Below, piece after piece: positions 10,320 through 19,900 of a DNA stretch of 64,000 nt (position 1 is the stretch's first letter; every line of letters starts with the position of its first letter). A model generated the notes under the pieces. That model searched no databases. It saw nothing but the letters and a program-made list of their open reading frames with translations, and was not told the DNA's origin. Both the position numbers and the translations under genes were made by a program. Source of the stretch: Candidatus Delongbacteria bacterium (GTDB lineage: Bacteria > CAIWAD01); contig OY760505.1 in the NCBI GenBank assembly GCA_963663545.1, forward strand, positions 640,001 to 704,000, written 5' to 3'.

Positions 10320-12623
10320 ATGTCAATCCGCTCATTGGTCTTGTTTCTTGCCTCAATCCTGTGCTGCACATCCCTAGTCATGGCCAAAGCCTGGTATCGC
10401 CCGGCGACCGCCATTCAAGGCGAGGTGGTAAGCACGTCATACAGCGACAGCCGCTACCAGACCGTGATACCTCGCGACGAGCTGGACAATGCTTTTGGCA
10501 CCTGGACCAGCCTCAGCCTGATTGTCTCCAATGGAACAGGCTACGATCTGACCAACCTGACGGTGCGCGGCAAGAGCGCTACAAACAACGATCTCAACAC
10601 GATCAGCGGCGGCAGCTTCGTCAACAACGGATTGACCACACTCTTCACGGGATCCATTTCCATCTCGCAGATGGACCCGGATACCTGGGAGCTGGAGATT
10701 CCCTTCAATCAGAGCACCATCACCACCAGCGAGTACATCGGCGACGGCTATCTCATCGATCTGGTTGTGGACAACACGGGGTGGGGCTCCGAGAACACCT
10801 ACTTCCTGATGGGCTCCACCAGCACGGGAACGGCCCTCCGCGTCCGTTGCACCAGCACTCTGGAGACCTTCAACTACCTCAACGCCACCACCGGCACCAG
10901 CATCAGCTATCGTCCCTGGATCAAGCTGCATGGCATCAATCACGAAATCAGACGCACCATTTATCCCGGCGAATTCACGGAACCCCTGGTGGCCGATCTG
11001 CTGGTCAAGGCCGGCACTCAGCTTGAGTTGTATCACGGCACCCAGCTGACCTTTGCCGAGGGAATCGGCATGGTGGTTCAGGGCACACTGCTGGTCAACG
11101 GTACACCCAGTGCACGCGTTGACCTGGGTGGAGATGCATGGAGTGGTCTGGTCTTTGAGGCCGAAAGCGATCAGGATACTTCCTTTGTACAACACGCCGT
11201 GATACACGGTGTTGACAACACCAACGGCGACAGACACGGCGCTGTTTTCGTCGACGATCAGGACAAACTGGTGATGCGCGATGTGGAGATCGCCAATTGC
11301 TCAGGCACCCACGGTGGCGGTGTAAAGGTGTACAGCTCGGGGGCTCTCTTTGAGCGCTTGTACATCCACAACTGCAGTAGCAGGCTTTACGGCGGCGGCA
11401 TGTACTTGTCGAATGCAAACGCCAGAGTCCTCGACTCGCGCATTGAATACAACCAGTCCGATCTCGGGGGTGCACTCTATGTTTTTGCTTCCTCCTGCGA
11501 GCTGGAAGGACTGGTGTTGAGACAGAACCAGGCGAACGCGGGAGTTGCGGTATACTCATTTGCCAGCTACGGTGACCGCTTCGTCAACTGCACAACGATC
11601 GGGAGCGATACCAACAGCACCCAATTCATGTTCTATTCCAATAACCGAACCACCCTGCTGGAAGGCTGTCTCTTCCTCAGGAGTACGGGCTACTCTGTTG
11701 CCAGCGGTATTGCGAGGGCCGCCATCAGCCGTTGCAGCTCTCCCGACGGCACTTCCGATTTCTACAACTGCACGATCCTGGATGGTGTGATCGCCTGGAA
11801 CGGCAGCTTCGATTACGAGAAGATGTGTGCGCTCAATACGTCGGCGGCCATTGTGGATGCTGGCCCTCTGGACATGCTGGACGCGGACCTGACCCGCAAG
11901 GATATTGGCGCGGGCTACTTCGATCAGAGCGCGCCCACTGTATCACAACTTGTGGATGTGCCCGCCGACCAGGGCCACCAGTTGCAACTGGCATGGGAAG
12001 CCAGCTCGATGGATCTTGCGCAGGCAAACGACGACTGGTTCTACAGTGTCTGGCGCCTGGACAGCCTCTTTGATGTGTCACGCTCTGCTGAGTCGATCTG
12101 GCTGGAGGATGTGTCACGGCTCGATCCTGCGACCATCGGTGACACACCCATTCGTGTTACAGCACCCGAAGGCCATGTCTGGACCTTTGTATCACAGGTT
12201 CCCGCGACCCAGGTGGCGGAGTATGGTCTGATCGTGCCCACGCTGCACGACATGCTGGACGGGCAAGCCTGGGAAAGCGAAGTGCTCGTCTACTGGCATC
12301 ACGATACGGAGCTGGCGGAATCGGCAACAGCGACGGCGATTTCGGTGGACAACATCGCCCCCGATGCGCCCATGGCACTGGCCGCTACTGCTGTCGATGA
12401 AGAGCTGCAGCTGAGCTGGAGTGAAGTCACCACCGGCACACTGGATGGCGTGACACTTCCCGAGCGCAACGGCATCGTGTATCACATTTACGCCAGCGAA
12501 GTGGCCTGGTTCGAACTCGAGGATGCGGAGTACATCGGCACCGTAAGCGAGCCGCGTATCACCCTGCCGGTGGAAGCGAACACCCGCCGCTTCTACAAAA
12601 TCGTAGCCAGCGACAGCCAGTAG
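10320..12623 (+). CDS. Surface/secreted beta-helix protein, paralog 4 of 4
   Basis: GGAG RBS, ATG 10320. Signal peptide, DSRYQ motif and conserved C-terminal region. Confidence 0.85.
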   Translation: MSIRSLVLFLASILCCTSLVMAKAWYRPATAIQGEVVSTSYSDSRYQTVIPRDELDNAFGTWTSLSLIVSNGTGYDLTNLTVRGKSATNNDLNTISGGSFVNNGLTTLFTGSISISQMDPDTWELEIPFNQSTITTSEYIGDGYLIDLVVDNTGWGSENTYFLMGSTSTGTALRVRCTSTLETFNYLNATTGTSISYRPWIKLHGINHEIRRTIYPGEFTEPLVADLLVKAGTQLELYHGTQLTFAEGIGMVVQGTLLVNGTPSARVDLGGDAWSGLVFEAESDQDTSFVQHAVIHGVDNTNGDRHGAVFVDDQDKLVMRDVEIANCSGTHGGGVKVYSSGALFERLYIHNCSSRLYGGGMYLSNANARVLDSRIEYNQSDLGGALYVFASSCELEGLVLRQNQANAGVAVYSFASYGDRFVNCTTIGSDTNSTQFMFYSNNRTTLLEGCLFLRSTGYSVASGIARAAISRCSSPDGTSDFYNCTILDGVIAWNGSFDYEKMCALNTSAAIVDAGPLDMLDADLTRKDIGAGYFDQSAPTVSQLVDVPADQGHQLQLAWEASSMDLAQANDDWFYSVWRLDSLFDVSRSAESIWLEDVSRLDPATIGDTPIRVTAPEGHVWTFVSQVPATQVAEYGLIVPTLHDMLDGQAWESEVLVYWHHDTELAESATATAISVDNIAPDAPMALAATAVDEELQLSWSEVTTGTLDGVTLPERNGIVYHIYASEVAWFELEDAEYIGTVSEPRITLPVEANTRRFYKIVASDSQ

Positions 12624-12730
12624 CTCTTAATCGGTATCGGTATCCGACTCGGCTTCACGAGTCGGCGGGATCGGTATCGACGCACAACCTTAACCAACCA
12701 CCCCAAGCCCCGGATAAGCTCCGGGGCTAT
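12621..12730 (+). repeat. 3'-trailer repeat copy 3: (ATCGGT)2, same hairpin and terminator
   Basis: Near-identical to 9958-10085 with fewer hexamers; hairpin at 12644-12665; stem at 12706-12728. Confidence 0.8.
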
Positions 12731-12803
12731 TTACTCCCCCACCAACGCAATACAGAATCAGTCTTGATTGCCACAAAATTCTCCGCAATTGCAAGCCTCT
12801 ACG

Positions 12804-13077
12804 CAAAGCTAAATCCTTGAATTTATTTCAAGTTCGAATCTCGTTGACAAGTACACAGTTTTGCGTTATCCTCACGATGTTTCTGCCCAACTAAGAGCTT
12901 ACTCAACATGCCAGGAGAGGTTACGATGCACAGGTTTCGTGAATCCTTGTTTGCCCTTGGGCTAAGCTGCACGCTTCTGCCGATGCTTGCAGTTGCTCAA
13001 AGCACACTCCACGTGCCCAGCGAGTACAGTACGATCGCTGCAGCCGTGGCTGCAGCAAGTGATGGTGATACCGTAGA
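12804..13077 (+). repeat. 274-bp duplicated promoter, leader and signal-peptide block, copy 1
   Basis: Matches 16658-16931 at a constant offset of 3854, with about 7 substitutions counted by eye. Confidence 0.9.
12844..12872 (+). promoter_or_regulatory. Sigma70-type promoter
   Basis: TTGACA-17 bp-TATCCT; upstream palindrome CTTGAA-N5-TTCAAG at 12816-12832. Confidence 0.65.
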
Positions 13078-16000
13078 GATTGCTGCAGGCACGTATTACG
13101 AGCACAACCTTACCATTCCCCAATCAATGACCCTGCGCGGCGCAGTTGCCGATTCAGGTGCAGTGGTGATTGATGCACAGGAAATGGGCAGGCACTTCCA
13201 CATGTACAACCTGGCTTCTGGTGTTGTTTTTGAAAACCTCTGCTTGATCAATGGACGCATAAGTCAGGGCGGTGGATCGATGTACATCCGATACACGCCG
13301 GTTCAGCTTGACAACTGCGATTTCATCAACAACAGTGGCTATTCATACTACACCGAAAGCGGCTATGAGGACTGCACTCCATACTCTGCGTACGGTGGAG
13401 CGCTGCGCATCAACGGAAGCCAGCTTACAACGTTGAGCGATTGCGCCTTCCACTCCAACTTCATCGCCCCCGATCAAAGCATCTGCATCTACCCTGAAGC
13501 GCGTTCCAATCTTGGCGGTGCCATTTTCTCGCAGGGACCGGTAGAGCTTGAAGGATGCCGTTTCGTAGAGAACTCCGTGGCTGCGAATTGGGATCGGGAA
13601 GACGTATGCTACAGTGGCGCACTCTATGCTTCCGTTATCACCGCTGAGTCCACCGAGTTTTACTACAACAGTGCGACACCCTGCGCCTACAACTCTCTTG
13701 CCTTTAGTGTTGCACGGGCGCCTGGATCCCAGTCGTATCTCAATTGCCTTTTCGTAGGGAACTACGTCGCAGGAGAAAGAGCGGATCGGCTGAATGGCGG
13801 ATTGATTTCTGGTGACGATACTATTTCCCTTGAGGGCTGTGTCTTTGCTTCAAACAACGCATATCTGGCAGACAGGACAGAGGGCGGAAGTCTACTTCAA
13901 GCTCCCACTCTGACCCTACTGAACAGCACTTTTTACGACAACGCCACAATCAGTCCGGATGCGACTACGCCAATGGAACTGCTGTATGCAAGCACTTCTT
14001 TGGATATTCAGAATTGCATCTTCTATGCCAATGCCGATCATGTTTCCACAAGTAGTCCAACAGCTTCGATTAGCTGCACTGACTGCTACAACAATACGCT
14101 CGGCGACTGGACCGGCTCGATTGCAGCCTTTGCAGGTATCAATGGCAATCTGAACCAGGATCCCGGGTTCTGCAACGCTCCCGTGCTGGATTTCGGTTTG
14201 CAGGCCACGTCCGTTTGCCTTGCGGCAAACAACAGCTGCCAAAGCCTCATCGGTGCTCTGCCCCAGGGCTGCGACTTCAGTTCAAGTATTGTCTTTTCGG
14301 CCCCCTTCCCCTCAAGCCCAAGTGGCATTCCAATGGTAACGGGTGACGAAGGCGTCGCCATTACAGTCAGTTCCACGACTGTAGATGAGGTAGATGCTTC
14401 TTCCCTGTGCATGCGCGTGGACTATGACGGCGACGGCTTTGATTCCGATCCGCGTGAACAGTGGATGGCGTTGAATGGCTATGCAAATGGCATGAGCATT
14501 CGCATCGAGGAAGCGCTGAGTCACATTGCAGAAGTAAGCGAGAACAACATCGAGGTTGAGTTTGGCGCGCGCACCACAACCGAGACAAACTTAAGCTACG
14601 AAAGCACTCTGCTGCACGTCGATCGTATTGTGCCGGATGCCGTTCAGCTTTTCCTGGCCAGCAACTACGGCAGCAGCGTCGACCTGCACTTCACCACCTC
14701 TGCGGCCAGCGACTTCGCAGCATACCGCATCTGGATATCCCATGACTCCACAATTGATGCAGGAGACCGAATCTGGTCCACGGAGGATGACCCCGCTTTG
14801 GCAAGCGCCGCGACAACAGAGAGCCTGGTGACGGAACTGGTCAACGGTCTGGGCTATTGGTTTGCCATAGAAGTGCTGGATGAGGCTGGCAACGCCAGCG
14901 CGCTTTCCAACATCGTTTCACGCACGGGCCTTATTGGAAATGTGCTACGTGTTCCCACCGACTACACGACTCTCAGCGCTGCTCTGAGCGCGTCCGCCGA
15001 GGACGACATCATCCTGCTGGCAGCGGGCACGCACTATAGTTGGAACAACGTGCTAACCCACAGTGTGAGCATCTTCGGCGAGTCAGCGGATTCCGCTGCG
15101 GTGGTCGTCGACGCCGAAAACCACGGTCGTCATTTCTCCGTAAACAACTCCAGCGTGGATCTGCATCTTGCCAATCTTTGCCTGATCAATGGCCGGACGA
15201 CGGCCCCCTGGGGCTCTTCTCCCATGGGTGGATCGATCTACTTCAATGGCGGAAATCTGAGTGCGACAAACTGCGATTGGATCCATAATCGGACCGTGGG
15301 CGAGGTTGTATGGGGTGGCGAGTATGGCGATGAGAGCTTCTGCCAGAATGCACTTGGTGGAGCACTCTTCATCCAGTCGGCCACAAGCGCAGAACTGAAT
15401 GAGTGCCGCTTCTATAATTCAACGTGTTATGCATACAACACAATTGCACGCGGTGGTGCGATCTACTCCAATGCTTCTCTGGACCTCTCCTCATGCAGTT
15501 TTAATGAATCGCTGGTGAGAGCAGGAGGTGGAGAGTTTGATTTGGGCGACAGCTCCGGTGAAGGTGCCGCAGTGTATTGTGCCTCCGCTGTTGACTTGTA
15601 TGCCTGTCAGTTCGAATCCAACAGCATCGACTTGGGATACCACAGCATCAATCCCCTTTATAGAGGTGCGGGTTTGTTTGCCCAGGGTGACGTAACAGTG
15701 GAATCCTGCGCATTCACAGGCAACGGCATAGTCAATGCTGGTTCCGGTTACTATTACGGACAGGCAGCCAATGGCATGGCAATCTACACCAGTCAGCTCT
15801 TACATGTGCAATACAGCCAGTTTGTTGGAAATCACTCGTTTTTCGGCGTAGAAGGGGGCAACATCTCCGCTGCGACCGGCTATGTCCTGCGAGGGGGTCT
15901 TGTCGAACTGGATCACTGTACAATTCATGGCAACGCATTTGAAGGCAACAGAGTTGCGCCAAGCGCCGTCTCTGCAGAAACAGGGTGTCAGATTGCAAAC

Positions 16001-16507
16001 TGTATCCTCAGCGCGAATACGGGCATGGATAGCCCTGTCAGCAGCTCGGGAAGTATGAGCGTTTCCTGCACCGATATCTACGGCAACTTCTCCGACTGGA
16101 CCGGTGATCTGGCTCCTTTTGCCTCGATCAACGGCAATTTGTCGGTGGATCCGCTGTACGTGAATGCACCCGATGATCTGCATTTACAGACAAGCTCGCC
16201 CTGCCTGCCGACAAACAACAGTTGTGGCGTGCTGATGGGAGCGCTAGGCGCAAGTGGTACTTGCCAGGTCATTCCGGCCATCACGGATCTGGTAGCTCTT
16301 TGGACTGAGACAGGAGTTCAGCTAAGCTGGAGCAACCCTGCTCCTGCGTTGGTGAGCGAGTTCCAGGTTCATCTTGGTGCGACGCAGGACTTCGTACCCG
16401 ATGCGTCGAATCTGGTGGCCATTGTCAGTGGAACTCAGTACACGTACTCGCCGGGATCCCCGGACTGCATCGGTTTCCTCCGTGTAATTGCTGTTAGCGC
16501 TAGATAA
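12926..16507 (+). CDS. Large secreted modular beta-helix (pectin-lyase/Pmp-like) protein with FN3-like linker
   Basis: AGGAGAGG RBS before ATG 12926. Signal peptide, two VPxxYxTIxxA beta-helix modules with GGAI/FxxN motifs, a DYDGDGFD linker, and C-terminal GFLRVIAV domain. Confidence 0.85.
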   Translation: MHRFRESLFALGLSCTLLPMLAVAQSTLHVPSEYSTIAAAVAAASDGDTVEIAAGTYYEHNLTIPQSMTLRGAVADSGAVVIDAQEMGRHFHMYNLASGVVFENLCLINGRISQGGGSMYIRYTPVQLDNCDFINNSGYSYYTESGYEDCTPYSAYGGALRINGSQLTTLSDCAFHSNFIAPDQSICIYPEARSNLGGAIFSQGPVELEGCRFVENSVAANWDREDVCYSGALYASVITAESTEFYYNSATPCAYNSLAFSVARAPGSQSYLNCLFVGNYVAGERADRLNGGLISGDDTISLEGCVFASNNAYLADRTEGGSLLQAPTLTLLNSTFYDNATISPDATTPMELLYASTSLDIQNCIFYANADHVSTSSPTASISCTDCYNNTLGDWTGSIAAFAGINGNLNQDPGFCNAPVLDFGLQATSVCLAANNSCQSLIGALPQGCDFSSSIVFSAPFPSSPSGIPMVTGDEGVAITVSSTTVDEVDASSLCMRVDYDGDGFDSDPREQWMALNGYANGMSIRIEEALSHIAEVSENNIEVEFGARTTTETNLSYESTLLHVDRIVPDAVQLFLASNYGSSVDLHFTTSAASDFAAYRIWISHDSTIDAGDRIWSTEDDPALASAATTESLVTELVNGLGYWFAIEVLDEAGNASALSNIVSRTGLIGNVLRVPTDYTTLSAALSASAEDDIILLAAGTHYSWNNVLTHSVSIFGESADSAAVVVDAENHGRHFSVNNSSVDLHLANLCLINGRTTAPWGSSPMGGSIYFNGGNLSATNCDWIHNRTVGEVVWGGEYGDESFCQNALGGALFIQSATSAELNECRFYNSTCYAYNTIARGGAIYSNASLDLSSCSFNESLVRAGGGEFDLGDSSGEGAAVYCASAVDLYACQFESNSIDLGYHSINPLYRGAGLFAQGDVTVESCAFTGNGIVNAGSGYYYGQAANGMAIYTSQLLHVQYSQFVGNHSFFGVEGGNISAATGYVLRGGLVELDHCTIHGNAFEGNRVAPSAVSAETGCQIANCILSANTGMDSPVSSSGSMSVSCTDIYGNFSDWTGDLAPFASINGNLSVDPLYVNAPDDLHLQTSSPCLPTNNSCGVLMGALGASGTCQVIPAITDLVALWTETGVQLSWSNPAPALVSEFQVHLGATQDFVPDASNLVAIVSGTQYTYSPGSPDCIGFLRVIAVSAR

Positions 16508-16536
16508 TCTGACCGACGGCAGAGTTTCTGTATCAC

Positions 16537-16568
16537 AAGCCCCGCCCCACATTCTGGGCGGGGCTTTT
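16537..16568 (+). terminator. Intrinsic terminator
   Basis: AAGCCCCGCCC-N8-GGGCGGGGCTT followed by TT. Confidence 0.8.
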
Positions 16569-16657
16569 CCATAGTCCTGTACAACAGTACGGTTAATCAA
16601 AACACATATGCGCGATCGCTGCGTTCGAGTAGGACACTCGCCGAATGCCCCTTTACA

Positions 16658-16931
16658 CAAAGCTAAATCATTGAATTTATTTCAAGTTCGAATCTCGTTG
16701 ACAAGTACACAGTTTTACGTTACTCTCACGATGTTTCCGCCCAACTAAGAGCTTACTCAACATGCCAGGAGAGGTTACGATGCACAGTTTTCGTGAATCC
16801 TTGTTTGCCCTTGGGCTAAGCTGCACGCTTCTGCCGATGCTTGCAGTTGCCCAAAGCACACTCCACGTGCCCAGCGAGTACAGTACGATCGCTGCAGCCG
16901 TGGCTGCAGCAAGTGATGGTGATACCGTAGA
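16658..16931 (+). repeat. Duplicated promoter, leader and signal-peptide block, copy 2 (TTGACA at 16698, TACTCT at 16721)
   Basis: Copy of 12804-13077. Confidence 0.9.
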
Positions 16932-19900
16932 AATCGCACCTGGTACCTACTACGAAAGCGGGATTCAGGTGGAAGCCGCCATCGAGATTCGTGGCTCGCT
17001 TCCCAATCAAGGTGCGGTGACGCTGGATGCCTCCTCGGCGGCGCTTTTTCATGCCTTCGGTGTGGACAGCCTGCGCCTGGAAAACCTCACTTTGCAAAAT
17101 GGCGTCGCCATGCACAATGAGAGCTATCCAGCCCACGGCGATGGTGGCGGTGCCGTCTTATTGGTCGACACGGACTTCTCCGCCAGCCATTGCTGGTTTG
17201 TGAACAACCTGGTGCAAGCCCGCTACGCCAGTTCCAGAACCATCGACATGGTGCCTGCTTCCGGCGGTGCGGTCTTCGTGACCGGCACGGGAACGGCACG
17301 CCTGGACAATTGCCATTTCGAGGGCAATGGCATTACAGGTAATCCCGGCAATGCCACCCCCGGCACCCTCTTTCGCAGCGGTGGCGCCCTTGCGGTTGAT
17401 GGCGCTCTTGAAATGGAATCCTGCAGCTTTGAAGACAACTATCTCTATCTGACAGGCGATAGCGATACAGCCAAGGGTGGTGCACTTTCCGCTGGCAGTA
17501 TCACTGCCACCGACTGCCAGTTTACGGGCAATCAGATGCAATTGCATGGCGGCACTTACCTGGCAGCACAGGGAAGCGCCGTTTGCTGCTCCGGCAACCA
17601 GAGCTGGCAGGACTGTGCGTTTCTGGACAACGATTTCACCTCTACGGCAACCCCCTACGGCCACATCGACGGCTCCGCCCTCTGGGGCGAGGCTACTTTT
17701 AGTGCGGGTAACTGTGTCTTTGCCAACAACAACACCTACTTCCGCTCGGTCATAGGTGATCGTGGCGGTAGCGCCATTCGTGCCGTGGATGGCGAGCTCT
17801 CCAACTGCACTTTCTATGGTAATGCCAGTGCCATCAGTGGAGCTTCCCAGGACGTTCCGCGAGTGGCCGTATACATGCTCAACAACCTCGATCTGGAAAC
17901 AAGCATCTTCGCCTTCAACACCGACGCTCCCGTCTACGCGGGCAGTGTCAGCGCCTCCTGCACGGATGTCTATGACAACAGCTTTGGCGACTGGACAGGA
18001 TCATTTGCCGGACTTGGCAGTGTGAACGGCAATCTTAGCGAGGATCCGCTTTTCAATAATCCGACCACGAACGATTTCGGCGTTCAGCCCACTTCTCCCT
18101 GTCAGGCAGCGAACAACTCCTGCAATCTGGATATGGGCTCTCGCTTGAGCCTTGTGGAAAGCGACGGCCTTCTACTGGTACCATCAGAGTATCCCAGTAT
18201 TGCAGCCGCAGCTGCTGCCGCAGCATCTGGTGATATCATCGAACTTGCGGCAGACAGCTACAACGAGCACGATATCCCGCTCTACGTATCTCTGACAATT
18301 CGTGGTGCTGTTGCGGATTCCGGAGCCGTTGTGATCAACGCTCAGGCGCAGGGACGTCACTTCTCGGCGGAAAACCTACCCGCAGGGATCACGATTGAGA
18401 ACCTGACACTAATCAACGGCGAGCAGTCCGCTGACTATGCGCTCTATGGGCAGGGTGGAAGCCTCTTCCTCGCAAACACAGATCTGAGAGCCATAAACTG
18501 CTGGTTCGTGGACAACCACGCACTTTACGACAACGGCAACAACTACTCGGCATACGGTGGAGCTATCTATTCCGAAGGCGCTGCCGAACTCCAGTTTGCG
18601 GAATGCGCCTTTCATCGGTGCAGCATCGAAATGGACTACCTAACAGGAGTGAGAACCGTCTACCAACATGGCGGCTCCATCTGCACAGATGGAGCAGTCT
18701 CCCTCGAAAGCTGCCGCTTTGACGAATGCTCGTTGGTCCGTGATGGCACCGATGGTGGAGCTCATGGTGGTGTCATCTACGCAGCAACCATTACTGCAAA
18801 CGATTGTGTGTTCAGAAACTGCTTTCTCAATTCAGATGGCTATTGGACCGCCTCAAAGGGCAGTATAGCATACACCTCAGGGGAGCAGGAGTGGATCTAT
18901 TGCCAATTCCTGGATAACATCAATCCTCCCGCTGGAAGTAACTACTTTGGCTCTCTGCTATTCAGCGAGACGGACATCTCATGCGAGGGCAATACCTTCT
19001 CCGGCAATGTCTCAACCTTCTGGGGTGCGGGCAGAAACGATGGCGGCTCGCTGTTTCATGCCAGCAACCTTAGCCTGACGTCCTGCACACTTCACAATAA
19101 CAGCAGCCTAACGAGTGATGGTTACCCGGAAGTCCTCGCTTATGCGAGTAGCAGCATGCAGATCGAAAACTGTCTGATTTCGGGCAATGCCGATGCCCCC
19201 GCTCTGCTGGAAAGCGGTGCCAGCCTGGATGTGGATTGCACCAATATCTGCGGTAATACTGCAGGCGACTGGAGCGATGAACTCGCTGCCTTTGCAGGCG
19301 TAGACGGCAACATCAGCGCCAATCCCGCCTTCTGCGATCCTGAAGCAGGGGAGCTGGGTCTGCAAGCGCATTCGCCTTGCCTGCCTGCGAACAACAGTTG
19401 CGGCGTCTTGATGGGTGCCTGGCCCGAAAACTGTGCCTCCAATGTGGAAATCGTGTTCAGCGATCCTTTCCCCTGCAGCGAAACTGGAACGCCTGCCACA
19501 ACAGGCGATGAAGGGATAGCCGTTACTATTAGTAGCCCTAGTGGTTTCCAAGTCGATGGCGCATCCCTGCAAATGCGCGTGGACTACGACGGCGATGGCT
19601 TCGATGCAGATCCTCGCGAGCAGTGGTATGCTCTGACAGGATACACCAGCGCCGACAGCATTCGAGTAGTGGAACAGCTGACTTACTTAGAGGAAATCAG
19701 CGAGAGCGATGTTGAGGTGGAAATCAGTGCCAGTCTGGTGGGCTTTGCGCAGACCTTCACGACCAGCATCAACCTGCATGTAGACCGGATCGCGCCAGCT
19801 GCTGTGACCCTCGCTTTGATCAGCAACCAGGTTGTCAGTGTTACCATTGGCTTCGACAGCTCAACAGCAGCGGATTTTGCAGCCTATCGAATCCTGGTCT

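Noticed and set aside
4200..12623. Diversity-generating retroelement (TR/VR) explanation for the near-identical 3' regions
   Set aside because: Mismatches are not adenine-specific, all copies are coding, and no reverse transcriptase or Avd gene is in the window.
4957..12730. Trailer repeats as a CRISPR array or integron attC sites
   Set aside because: No regular repeat-spacer structure, no cas or intI gene, and no RYYYAAC/GTTRRRY core ends seen; better explained as duplicated terminators.
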